DNA of 63,573 nt, filler included, from Atractiella rhizophila (taxonomy: Eukaryota), in the NCBI GenBank assembly GCA_021432655.1. It is 10 parts of 10 records of this genome, joined end to end, with 100 filler letters (N's around TTAATTAATTAA, not from the genome) between each part and the next. Parts side by side here need not be neighbours in the genome. Positions count along the whole stretch, not along the records: positions 34,647 to 41,444 come from MU272267.1; positions 41,545 to 48,323 come from MU272268.1; positions 48,424 to 55,186 come from MU272269.1; 7 more parts are not named here. One strand, 5' to 3'. The notes under the pieces were generated by a model. That model searched no databases. It was not told where the DNA came from and was given only the letters and a program-made list of their open reading frames with translations. The position numbers and the translations under genes are program-made. Of this stretch, positions 40,356 to 51,303 are shown piece after piece (position 1 is the first letter of the stretch; each line of letters opens with the position of its first letter).

Positions 40356-40981
40356 CACTGAAGGTTTCTCAGGTTTTTGACTCGTGTTCTAGCGAAGCTA
40401 TGACAGGAAGGTGCACAGTTCGTATCCGTCTACATCCAACACAGCATTGAAAATGGTGACTAAGGACATGGCAAGAATCTGTTATATGCCATCTATCCAT
40501 TTCCCACTCCGTTCAACAGATAACACCTCGCAAAGCTCGCCTCCCTCGTGCTCAACGGTTGCGAGGAATCTTCTAACCCGTCCGCACTCTTGCTGCATGC
40601 ACAGTTAGAATACAATGATCAAATCTAGGTCCTACTGCCTGGGGCGGTTCGGTTCCTAGAAATTATCCGTTGGTTATTTGGGATCGGGAGGAAAGGAACA
40701 CTGGCGAGAATGCATGGGAGGAGCAGTTGAACTTGAGCTGGGGATTATTCCTTGACGAAGGCGTGAGGAGGGCGGGATAAGCGCCATGCAAACCCCAGAC
40801 CACCTGGCGCGTCTGACATCCATGCAAACTCGTTGAACCGTCACACCACGCTTAACTTTCGTTCCCGCCACAGAAAGAGCCTAGTGTTGGACTTTGAGGA
40901 TCCAATAGATGAGTTGAAGGGGATTATGTGTCTCTTGATCACTAGGAGTGTGCAGTGGGAAGTCGGTTCAGGGATTAGAAG

Positions 40982-41444
40982 TAGGGCTCGACACCGACCC
41001 GTTGGAAAACGGCTGACGGCTACGGCACACGGTACCGAAAGGCTACCCCGACCCGACCCCGTTGTGGCTTGCTGTTTTTTGTCTACGGACGGTTTCACCT
41101 CACGGGTTTGACCCGTATCATCACCGTCCGATTGGAAAGAACGCGTGACACGGGCGGGTGCACGGGGTATCAACGGCTGGCTGAGGTATGTGTCTTGCTG
41201 CAGATGACTTGCTGAGGCTGAGGATAGAGTCAGGAATAGGTACCCTGAGGATGACCCGACCGTCATCACGTACCCCCTTCCTTCCTTTCCTCATTTCGAA
41301 ATTTTGCTTCTGTCAATGCTCGCAGGTTCTCGAGCTCTACCAAAGCAATGGATCTTAGCATGGAGGTGAACCAAGAAGTGAAGGGTGGCGGTGGAAATGG
41401 AGGAAGGAGGGTGGAAGAGAAGGATGATGCTGCATCGGCAGGTC
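40982..41444 (+). mobile_element. Probable hAT-like DNA transposon end
   Basis: Starts TAGGGCTCG, followed by more than a dozen ACGG/CCGT and ACCCG motifs within ~300 bp; lies near the contig end. Confidence 0.5.
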
Positions 41445-41544
41445 NNNNNNNNNNNNNNNNNNNNNNNNNNNNNNNNNNNNNNNNNNNNTTAATTAATTAA
41501 NNNNNNNNNNNNNNNNNNNNNNNNNNNNNNNNNNNNNNNNNNNN
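41445..41544. other. Artificial contig linker
   Basis: N44-TTAATTAATTAA-N44. Confidence 0.99.
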
Positions 41545-41701
41545 CTGAGGTTCATCAGAGTGACAGAACGAAGAAAAGATGAACCTCAGATAGCTGAAAA
41601 ACAGACTAAACTACGGGAGCGGGCGGAACTGACACCAGATGCGATAGCCAGCTCAAAAGGGCAGAAAGAAAGTAAAAGTCAAAAACGTAATAACTTCAAC
41701 A
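41545..41701 (+). repeat. 157-bp hairpin-containing element, copy 1 (at the contig start)
   Basis: Identical to 51147-51303 except for one substitution; CTGAGGTTCATC-N21-GATGAACCTCAG. Confidence 0.95.
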
Positions 41702-43101
41702 ATAAACACGCTGTGGCTCTTGCGACTGCTGAAATATGTGGTGGTAACGGCGTGAATGCATTTAGGACGCATGTCGTTGGGATGCAGAAAACCACAGTTG
41801 GAAGAGAAGGGATTGGAGGAAATGAATCGTCCAGACGAAAGCCGATTTCATCGAGCCTAAGCTTGGAGACTCAGGGAGAGGAGGAACCTTCGAATGGATT
41901 CGAGGGGTTGGAAAAAATCAGGTCTGCCACCCTTTTCCTTAGTAAACGTAGACACCACTTATCTATTGGCGAGCGAGTGAGCAGCAAGTGCAACAGATCA
42001 TCTATTTTTCAGACGATAGGCCACACAACTTTTTACAACGATTGAACCAACACTTTCCTCGCGCACGAAAGGTACTTTTCCCTGTGGACTCTTCATGACT
42101 GCCGACGGTGAAATAGTTGGGATTGATAGGGGCTGCTACGCCTTTCCTCACTGGGCGTCCTTTCACATTCTTTCAGAATGAGCAGTCATTTTCAGGTGTG
42201 TTCCTCCCTTGATGAAACCATTGGTCGGGCTGAATGAGACATAGACTGTCAAGTTGGTTTGACCATCTCGACCCATGCTTTTTCTTCGGCAAGAATCAGC
42301 TACCCCCCTATGCAGGTACTGGGCAATCGTGCCTTTGCAATAACCAAGTATATATTCCATGTGATTAGTCTGAACACGCTCATCGTCTGCTCTGGCAAAG
42401 GGCTCGTGGGAATGTCGTCGAGACTCTAGACAATTATTCAGCGACAGCCATCGTGCAATCCATCTTTAATGAGATACCAGGGGATCAAAAGGATGTCGCC
42501 CTGTATGGAGCGTTGTACACTCGTCCCCCGGTAAGTGCTAGCATCTTTTTTCAGATACTTCGAGAACTGACACAGGTGTGTCGCTAGCCCAACTTGTCAA
42601 CATTCCATCCCGAAGCAGTCGACTGGCTCGTCTCGATATGGGGAGGCGACCCAGCGCGCGGAAACCTGGCTTTAGGAACCGAGATGGATCTGAGGTTTTA
42701 TCCAGGCACAATGCTGCAGTTCCTTCTCCCTTCCACGCATCAAGCTCACGCCCCTCCCCCCGAAACCAACTCGTTGGTCTTCCGGACGACGCCAGAGATT
42801 ACTGTTCCAGAAGCTGGAGTAGAAGATCAAGAAGTGGAAGTAGTGGATGCTTTCCTAGCTGCGAGCGAGGATGGCTGGATTTTAGGGGATGGGAAACAGG
42901 AGCAGTTCGGTGTTGTTCCCTCCTCTAGCTTGAGAATTCAACTACCCTGAACTACATTCTTGGTACGCACATATCACTTGTTATTGCATTCTTCATATTC
43001 CTTGTTATACAGCACAATTCCACACCTCTCTGATTTGAGCACCAACTTTGACAAATGCTTTCACTTTCATCGTTCACAGTCATTTATGATTTGTTCAGGG
43101 T

Positions 43102-43500
43102 TCACTCAACAAGCAGCTTTTTCTTATCGAAAGCGAAGAATCCTTTGATATGATTTGCCTTTTCCTTTGGGGTGGGATAACTCCACGCTACGTCTTGGAT
43201 TACTTCTCCGGAAGGGAGTTTGAGAGACCAGTATTGAGACTTCCCTTTCCAGGGACCTTTACATCCTTTAGGGCTCTCGAATTTCCCAAGTTGATGATGA
43301 ACGCACAAGTGTAGTCCGTGGGACTCTCGATCAACAAGGCCGTCTCTACATCCGAGGGAGGGAACTGATTAATAGCACCAATTAATAAAGTGTAAAGGCC
43401 CGTCCGAAGAGAGACATACGTAGAAGTTTCCCTCCACCGTCGTTGGGGAAGCAGAGTTCGCGATCGTCGTCGAAGAAGCTTTGTGAGTTACTGTGGGCAT
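43102..43500 (-). CDS. DUF427-domain protein
   Basis: TTVEGNFY|FPPSDV, PWKGKSQYW, DVAWSYPTPKEKANHIKGFFAF. Confidence 0.9.
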
Positions 43501-43783
43501 ACTGTCAGTCTGGAAGTTTCGCGAATTCGGCGGTGCCAGTGGATGTGGAAACCTTTGGTGTGGTAGTGTCCGATGTTTTATCAAACTGGCTCTTTATACT
43601 TCGCCGTCGTTTACCTGTACTGAAATGGCTGGCGTAAGCGGAGCAGACGGCAGATCGGGGAGAAGCCCCAATGCCGCGGACCGAGCAGCGCAAATCGATA
43701 ATAATATCAACACAATACACGACAAGCGCCAAAAGCATAAGTACGACCATCATTTAACAACCCCCAAAAATCGAAACTTCAAT

Positions 43784-45061
43784 ATGCATGTTGCTCCAAT
43801 TGAGATCCTATTCGGTGCAGGCATGTAAACTTGCTGTCGTTCTTACACCATTCAGACCGTATAGTGTAGGGAGCGTCGGGCAGGGACCCCTAGCATTCGC
43901 CAACGATGTGGATGTCACTCGAGCCGTCCTAGCTCTATGTAAGGAAAACAATATCACTTCCGTAGATACAGCGATGGGCTACGCCCCAGGTTTCCCACGC
44001 GCGTTGTTTTGTGCTTCCCGCCCTTGGGTGTTTCTGATGAAATGGTTTTTAGGGACCTCAGAAACGCTCCTGGGAGAGGCTGGAGTGAGCAACGGGTTCA
44101 AGATCGACACTAAGGCAGATCCCAGCTCTCATTCGGATGAAAATATCAAGAAGAGCCTCGCAGGAAGTTTGGCACTCCTCAAGATCGACAAAGTAAGAAT
44201 ATTCTGGCTGCACGGCCCTAGTCAGTCGCTCCCATCTCTTTATCTGCTGAACGCTAACGGTGGGGGACATGGAGATCCATCGGTTCCTGCTGAAGAGACG
44301 CTAAGAGCCGTCGACTACTGCTATCGCAGTCACGCATTTGAAGCGGTGAGCCCTTATTCACTTAGACCTATCAATCCTGAGTAGGGAGTAGTTCGGATTG
44401 TCGAACCATTCCCCTGAAGAAATTGAGGAGTACATTCGAGTAACTTCACACGCACCCAAGTCTTGCACTGACTCGACCTGGACAGATTGCCGACCAGAAT
44501 GGTTGGATTCGTCCCACGGCTCTGCAAGACTGCTACAACGCTTTATACAGGCAACCAGAAGCAGAGAACAACCTCTTCGATGTGGCACGGAAGTACAATA
44601 TGAAGATTTACGCTTTCAGTCCAACGGCTGGAGGTATATTTGCAGGAAAATGGAAGTCTCCGGACGAGATTCCACCTGGAAGGTAAAGTTGGTCACTACT
44701 TCTACCGCTCGGACAAACTGAGCCTTTTACTCAGGTTCGAGGGAGACCATCGTATTGCCCAAGCTGTATCGAAAATTGTTTTTTGCGACAGAGCGTTTTT
44801 GACGCTCTGCAATCTCTACAGAGAACGTTGGAACAATTTGACTTGAATGGGATCGATGTGGCCCTGCGCTGGATTGCTTTCCATTCTCGGCTACGCGGCG
44901 AGTTTGGGGATGGAGTAATTATCGGAGCTAGCAAGCTGGAGCACATTTCTCAGAACGCTACTTCTCTTAGACGGGGACCGTTGCCCAAAGAAGTACTGAT
45001 GAAGATGGATGAGATGTGGGAATTGGTCAAAGATGACGCTCCCGAAGACCCAGCCTATTAG
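43784..45061 (+). CDS. Aldo-keto reductase, AKR7/aflatoxin aldehyde reductase-like
   Basis: VDTAMGY, SETLLG, KIDTK, IFWLHGP, FGLSNH, AFSPTAGG, ALRWIAFHSRL, VIIGASKLEH. Confidence 0.9.
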
Positions 45062-45605
45062 AATCTCCTTTCAATTCCTACCACGCTGAATATCCTGCAA
45101 AGTAGCCATTTATATTGAGACACGTAGCGGTCTTCTTGCTCGTGCTTTTCAGCGAAAACTCTATGTAAATTACTTTGGATTGGCTAGAATTGCTTTCTGT
45201 AATACATGTGGATGTCCTTTATAAGAAATATAAATAAGAAACAACTACTACTATCTATGTAAAAATAGAGAACTAGAAGAGGACAGGGCAACAACAAGAT
45301 GGTGACAGGAGAATAGAAGAGGAGATCAGTGCGAGACCGTGCCAAATCACGCGGGGATGTCACCATCGGAAGAAATCTGTATTAATGGTTGCAGCATGCT
45401 AGGTTCATAATCGACAAAGTGTTTGCTCCAGAAAATCGTTTTGTTGCATTCTCTCGGAACCGAATCAGTGCATTCTTGGGTCATTGCTGCCCATCCAAAG
45501 TTAATGTTCAACATCTAACGTGTTGCTCAGTGTTAGCCCCTGGTTCTGTCCAGCTTTGTCTTCAGCGTAACTGAACCTCTCGATTGTAGTGCCTGAGAAG
45601 AAACG

Positions 45606-46094
45606 ATGATTTTGTACATTTCCCCTTCATTCCAGCGTAACAGACCTAATGTTCATGTCTTCTGTCTTCCCAGTTGCCCCAACTGCTCAAACCTGCTTAC
45701 TGTGTCCAAAGAATCTGGGTCAAACAAGTTTGTCTGTGATTGCTGTCCTTACGAATACCAGATCGAGAAGCAGTACACACATCGGACTTATTTAAAACGG
45801 AAAGAGGTAGATGATGTTATGGGCGGTGAGGACGCATGGAAGAACGTAGACACCACTATCGGTTGGTTGTTTCCTCATTACTTCGAAGAATTTATGCAGA
45901 CTCGACAGTGCAGCTACATGTCCCAAATGTGAAGCAGACCGAGCCTTTTACATGCAGATCCAGATCAGGAGTGCAGATGAACCGATGACGACTTTTTTCA
46001 GGTTCGTTCTCTTATTTTATGGATCATGACAATCCTCACATTAGAGGGTAGGTGTACGAATACGAAATGTGCTTTTCAGTGGAAAGAAAATTGA
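45606..46094 (+). CDS. RPC11: RNA polymerase III subunit C11 (POLR3K)
   Basis: FCPNCSNLL..CPYEY, KEVDDVMGGEDAW, CPKC, QIRSADEPMTTFFRC. Confidence 0.96.
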
Positions 46095-46742
46095 AAGTGT
46101 TTTGCTGGCTACAAACAGTGTGTCACAGGTTCGAGAAATGACCTCTCTCTGTGGTGCGCTGTCAGTCTGCCAGATCAACGGCGAAACGCAGAGCCCTGTC
46201 AGTGAGTGTCAAGTGAGAAGGAAATTAATTGAGTCCAAGTCAATTAACTTCATTCTTAGGTTCGGACTATCCATATTGTACACATTCAATAGCACCACCA
46301 TCGTTTTGCAATGGCTTCATTGTCAAAAATCGTGTTCCCTTGCCGTTGTCTCCCTCACCAACTCTCCTCCTTGATTGATCGGAGCGGTCCGGTCCGGTTG
46401 AGCGGAGCTCACTTGAAACACTTCCATATCCAGGGTCCTTTGTGTAAATCTCGCGCACGTCTCTGCTTCCAACGCTACACCTTGCGTTCCTTTTTCCCGA
46501 AGAGTGTATTTCTGCCGACTGCATCCCAACGCGTACAAGTTATAAAAGGAAACCATGGGAATTTTCGGATTTCTCAAGCTGAGTCTTCAATTGAGCGACC
46601 TTCCTTTTGCGTTGATACGCCTCAGTCACTGTTTCTCCTCCAAAGAGAGCTAGGCTCTTTGACACTACCTCTTCGTCGTCAACTTGATTCTTTGCCTTCC
46701 TTTACAACGCTAGTCGTTCTCTTGACGCACAATCCTTTCGAA

Positions 46743-48323
46743 ATGCTTTTCTCTCCTCCCGTCCTCCTGTCAATCCTTTCCCTTTCATGGGCTCTGCCCA
46801 TCCCGAAACGACAGGCAAATGTCTTTCAGTTTAGGGATTATGCCGACTTCCAGATCAGCGATGGAGGTGCGACAACTCTCCTTTGACCGCTGTGCCGTGA
46901 CTGACAGAAAGAAATCAGTCGCCGGCAATGCTTTAGCAGAAGCTCAAGCAGTCTTCCTCACACCTATTGCTGGTCTGTCTTTGAGCAGCATCTCCGTTAG
47001 TTCTCAAGGAGCAGGTTAAAGTTAAGGCTAACATTTGCCGTGCAGGATACCGATCGTGACACTATCGAATCTATGAGGCAGCTGGTGAATACCTTTCTGC
47101 TCAGTATTCCAAATGTAGGCTGACCTCCTCGTAGGCTGAAGCAGCTGAAACCGAACAATTCAATCCTGCGATCGATGCGGGTAAGAGCTGTATTGCTCCT
47201 GGTTGGGACATCGAAGTTGACCCCAAGAGCAGCTGGAGGAACCAACTCTGCCCAAGGCGAGATCCTTCAACGTGGAAAGATCAAGAACAAGGTCAGTTAA
47301 TTCGCTGACTGTGCCATGGAGCTCATTCTGTCTTCTTAGGTGCTTAAACTGACCGCTGAATTGTTGGTGAACCAAATCAAACAAGCCCAAGGTGACGACA
47401 CCCAGTCAAAAATTGATGAGACTCAGGTTTGTTCAATCCTTCGTGTGAAGCGTGACCAAGAGCTCACAGGGACATTAGACCAAGCTCAATAACAACGTCG
47501 CGCAAGATAAGGACGAAGCTGGTCAGCCTTCTCAAGGCGTCACTGGTGGCTCTGCGGGTGCTGCTGTGACTAACACAAACACTACCAATGACGCACCCGC
47601 CGAGGATGTCGCTGCAAGCAACGCCGCTACCACGTCCTCTGGAGCATCTACATTCCAACTTCTTGACTATGCTGCTTTCCAGATCAGCGATGGTGTTGCC
47701 GGTCTGTTTTATTTGTAACCTTTTGTATGCCATTGACGGGGGTAATACAGGAAATGCCAAGGCTGAGGCTGATGCTGTCTTCGCGGACAAGTTCGCTGGT
47801 GTTGATCTTGCGACTGTTTCTGAGACAGACACAAATAACGTGGAGACTATGAGGCAAGCTGTACGCTTTCTCGTCTTCTCAGTTTCGATGCCGCCAGGTC
47901 CCTAAAACAGTCATAGGCTGAAGCTGCTGAGACCGAGCAATTCAACCCGGCCATCGATGCTGGTGAGCCCCTTCCGAAATGCCTTCGTAAAGACTCTAAC
48001 GACACTTGATCAGCTGGAGGAACTAACTCTGCTCAAGGAGAGATCCTTCAGCGTGGAAAGATCAAGAACAAGGTGCTCAAATTGAGCGCTGAGCTCCTCG
48101 TCAACCAGATCAAGCTTGCCCAAGGACAGGACACTCAATCCAAGATCGACGAGACCCAGGTACGCAGCGCTACTTTGCTTTGTATTCTATTTCTAAGATA
48201 ATGAAATAACGGTATGGTAGACCAAGCTGAACAATAACATCCAACAAGATACCGCTGAAGCTGGTCAACCCTCTCAAGGCGTCACTGGCGGTTCTGCAGG
48301 CGCTGCCGCGGCTAACACCAGCA
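46743..48323 (+). CDS. Secreted protein with at least two tandem copies of a ~145-aa fungal small-secreted-protein domain (3'-truncated)
   Basis: Signal peptide MLFSPPVLLSILSLSWA-LP; Kex2-type KR; QISDGVAGNA..EQFNPAIDAA..GKIKNKVLKL..KLNNN..AGQPSQGV occurs twice. Confidence 0.9.
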
Positions 48324-48423
48324 NNNNNNNNNNNNNNNNNNNNNNNNNNNNNNNNNNNNNNNNNNNNTTAATTAATTAANNNNNNNNNNNNNNNNNNNNN
48401 NNNNNNNNNNNNNNNNNNNNNNN
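48324..48423. other. Artificial contig linker
   Basis: N44-TTAATTAATTAA-N44. Confidence 0.99.
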
Positions 48424-49175
48424 TACTAACTGGTGCTGTTTGGGTAACAACAGCTCAGAATTGGAGAAAGTCCTGGGATATATAGAAGCAGAGCATGTTG
48501 TGGAGTCCATTACTGTACTCGACAAATCAGGAATGATAACACCAAAACTATCTTCCTGATTGTATCTGCCAGTATGCTGCAATTCTTCAAGTTACTTGAG
48601 GAAGAGTTACAGAAAAGAGAAAGGGGGATATATGGACGCATGTCCCACGCTGCAGCTATCGTACATTTACTAGAAACTCGAATTTGTGGACTCATTGCCT
48701 TGAGCCGAAAGGATGGGATTATGAAATGCTGACTACCCTACTTTGAGGAGCCTACAACAATCGAGTTGAAGCATTTGGAGTTTACAATAACAGCTAGCTG
48801 ATCTACGCAAGAAATGTGTAGATAATATTGGAGAAAATCTCAAGCTCGGATGTGATACAAACCTTGCTTAACGGACTCATAATTAACAATATTACACCGA
48901 TTGTAGCATCGGTAGTCCTTAGAAGAACCCAGCACGTTTGGTATGACGCGCTTTGACGTTTTGTCTTTTAAGGGTATCTAGGATCTACTCCCTTTGCAAT
49001 TGTAGATCGGCTAGAGTGAGATGGCCCAATGACAATCAACGGTTTGGAAAGGAAGGGCTTTCTTCCATCTGTGGGAAGGGTCAGGAGAAGATGCAAGAGA
49101 ACAAATAGGCATGCATACCACTGACCTATTGTTAGAGCCCGGTGCTTCCCACCAAAATCAAAGAGTGCTAAGACG

Positions 49176-51086
49176 TCAGCCAATCTCTCCACTCTCCTTC
49201 AAATCCTTCCTGATCCTCCACTTGACCAAATCCAGCGTCGTTCTCGCGTCGATCAAAGAGCTATGTCCGACGTCACCCTCCTCCCTCTCACCTCCCAAGT
49301 TCGTCACACCTCCCCCTCCTCCGCCGGTTTGGATGGCTATATGGAGGTATTTGAGCGCTAAGTCGCGGAGTGCGAGGCGGTAGGGTGGACCTTGGGGGTG
49401 AGGGAATAACTGTGGATATCCATCGTTGAGTTACTGGCTTTTCCAGATGGATGAAGAGAGGAGGGCAAAGAATGAAAGGAAGGAAGACTCGCCTGAGTGG
49501 TGTCGACGACTCTCTCATGCACAATCCTCAAAGCCCTCAAATCGTTCTCCGCACCATGTCCAACCACAATCGTCTCCCTGCCCACACCCACCGCCTCCAA
49601 CATCATCTTGACACCGTCGAGGTCCAACACTGCCTCTTTCTCGAGCTTCTCCACGCTCTCAATACCCGAAAACCTCGTGTTGAGGTCGATGGTCTCCCCT
49701 TCATCCTGTCTTACCCACTCATCCACTACGACCTCCCCCGACGCGTCTATCACTGTCACGCGTGCGAGGGACATGCCACGGACGGTGTGTACAAGTTCGC
49801 AGTCGAGCGCTACAAGTGGGAGAACGGGTACCGAAGTGGGCCTTTTATCTGCTGCATCTCTCGACGATTCACCGCGGGGGGATTCGGTGGTCGTGGAGGA
49901 GAGAGAGCGGAGGCGTGTGAATGGAGCGGAAGCGTGAAGAAGAGAGGGCAGACGGAGGTTGAAGACGTGGGGACCGACAGTGCATGGCGGAGTGGTAGGG
50001 GAGTGACAGCAAGTAAGGATGCGTTGTTTCACCCCTGTCATTTTCTTTCTCAGACAACGATTTTCGAAGTTTGAGAGAGAATACACTGACCATCGATTTG
50101 TCTGGAGACTAGCTTTCCCCAGTGGAAGGAACAGGCATCCATTTCGCCCTACGCTCATCCATCAGCCCTGCTTTTTCCTCTATCGACAGCAGCAGAGGGA
50201 AGGAAAGTGAACCTGGAGCATATTCTTCCTATTCTTGACTACAAACACCTTTTTACATCTCTCACACTCCCTTTCCCTACCCTCCCAACTCCCTTTCGCC
50301 TCCCTCACGCCACTCGCACCCTCATCCAAAGTCGGTATCTCGCTCAAGTAATCGTATTTCCTCCTCTCCTCCTCAGTCATCAAATACCTCTGCATCCACT
50401 CCGGACTCTCCAAACACTCCAAAATCTTCATCTCCCTCACCCTCCCCTTCCTCTCCTTCTTCCAACCCTCAATCTCATCCACCGTCCCCACCCTCTCCCC
50501 ATCCTCTTCGCTCTCCGCAGTTCCGACCTTCTTCAACTTCGTCAAGACTTGCACCGCGACATTCCGATATGTCACCTTCGAACTCTTCGCGTGTATTTCG
50601 AACTCTTGCCGTGTTGCCACTTCAGAAGCTAGGAGAGAACGACAGGAGGGAGGGAGACGGACGTAATTAGAGAGAAGTTGAGTGTGCAGCGCGGTAAGGG
50701 TCTTGGAGCGGACGGAGAGAGCGGTATGTGTTGGTTTTCCGGGTGGGAGGTGGAGACGCGGAGGTGCGGCCTGTAAGCATCACAGCAGATGTTCAGTATG
50801 GATATATATCTGAGGAATTGTGTTGGAAGATGCTGACCTGTTGAGGTTTGGAACCTGACGGTGTTGGACGTGAGACAACGCTGTTAGGGACGGTTTTAGG
50901 GACGGTTTTAGAGATTGCAGCACTCTGAACGGCATGGAGACGAGTCGGTTGACTATTAGTCGTAGCAGTAGGAGTTTTTGTGTCTGGCGGCTTGCGAACG
51001 GGACTTTGGGTGTGCAGGTTAGATTTTGATGTGGAAGCGAGGGCGGACTTGAGTGCAGGCTTGAGCGTGTTGAAACTGAGGTTCAT
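49176..51086 (-). CDS. REX3: DEDDh RNA exonuclease, REX3/REXO1-like (start uncertain)
   Basis: CERCKK, CC..CTVGPHVF, VALDCELV, DLNTRFSGI, VGHGAENDLRALRI, LFPHP, GHSSLIDA. Confidence 0.88.
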
Positions 51087-51303
51087 CAGAGTGACAGAAC
51101 GAAGAAAAGATCAGCATTGCATGAACGTTGGTGAGGAGTCACCTACCTGAGGTTCATCAGAGTGACAGAACGAAGAAAAGATGAACCTCAGATAGCTGAA
51201 AAACAGACTAAACTACGGGAGCGGGCGGAACTGACACCAGATGCGATAGCCAGCTCAAAAGGGCAGAGAGAAAGTAAAAGTCAAAAACGTAATAACTTCA
51301 ACA
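51076..51303 (+). repeat. 157-bp hairpin element, copy 2 (51147-51303), plus a 36-bp direct repeat of its left end (51076-51111)
   Basis: ctgaggttcatcagagtgacagaacgaagaaaagat occurs at 51076, 51147 and 41545. Confidence 0.95.

Noticed and set aside
50885..50910. TTAGGG telomere-like motifs
   Set aside because: They are part of a 12-bp coding repeat (KTVP twice) in the exonuclease gene.
51120..51165. Hammerhead ribozyme or C/D snoRNA (CTGATGA-ACCT..AGGT on the - strand)
   Set aside because: GAC follows the stem instead of GAAA, there is no stem III or cleavage triplet, and I recognise no rRNA guide.
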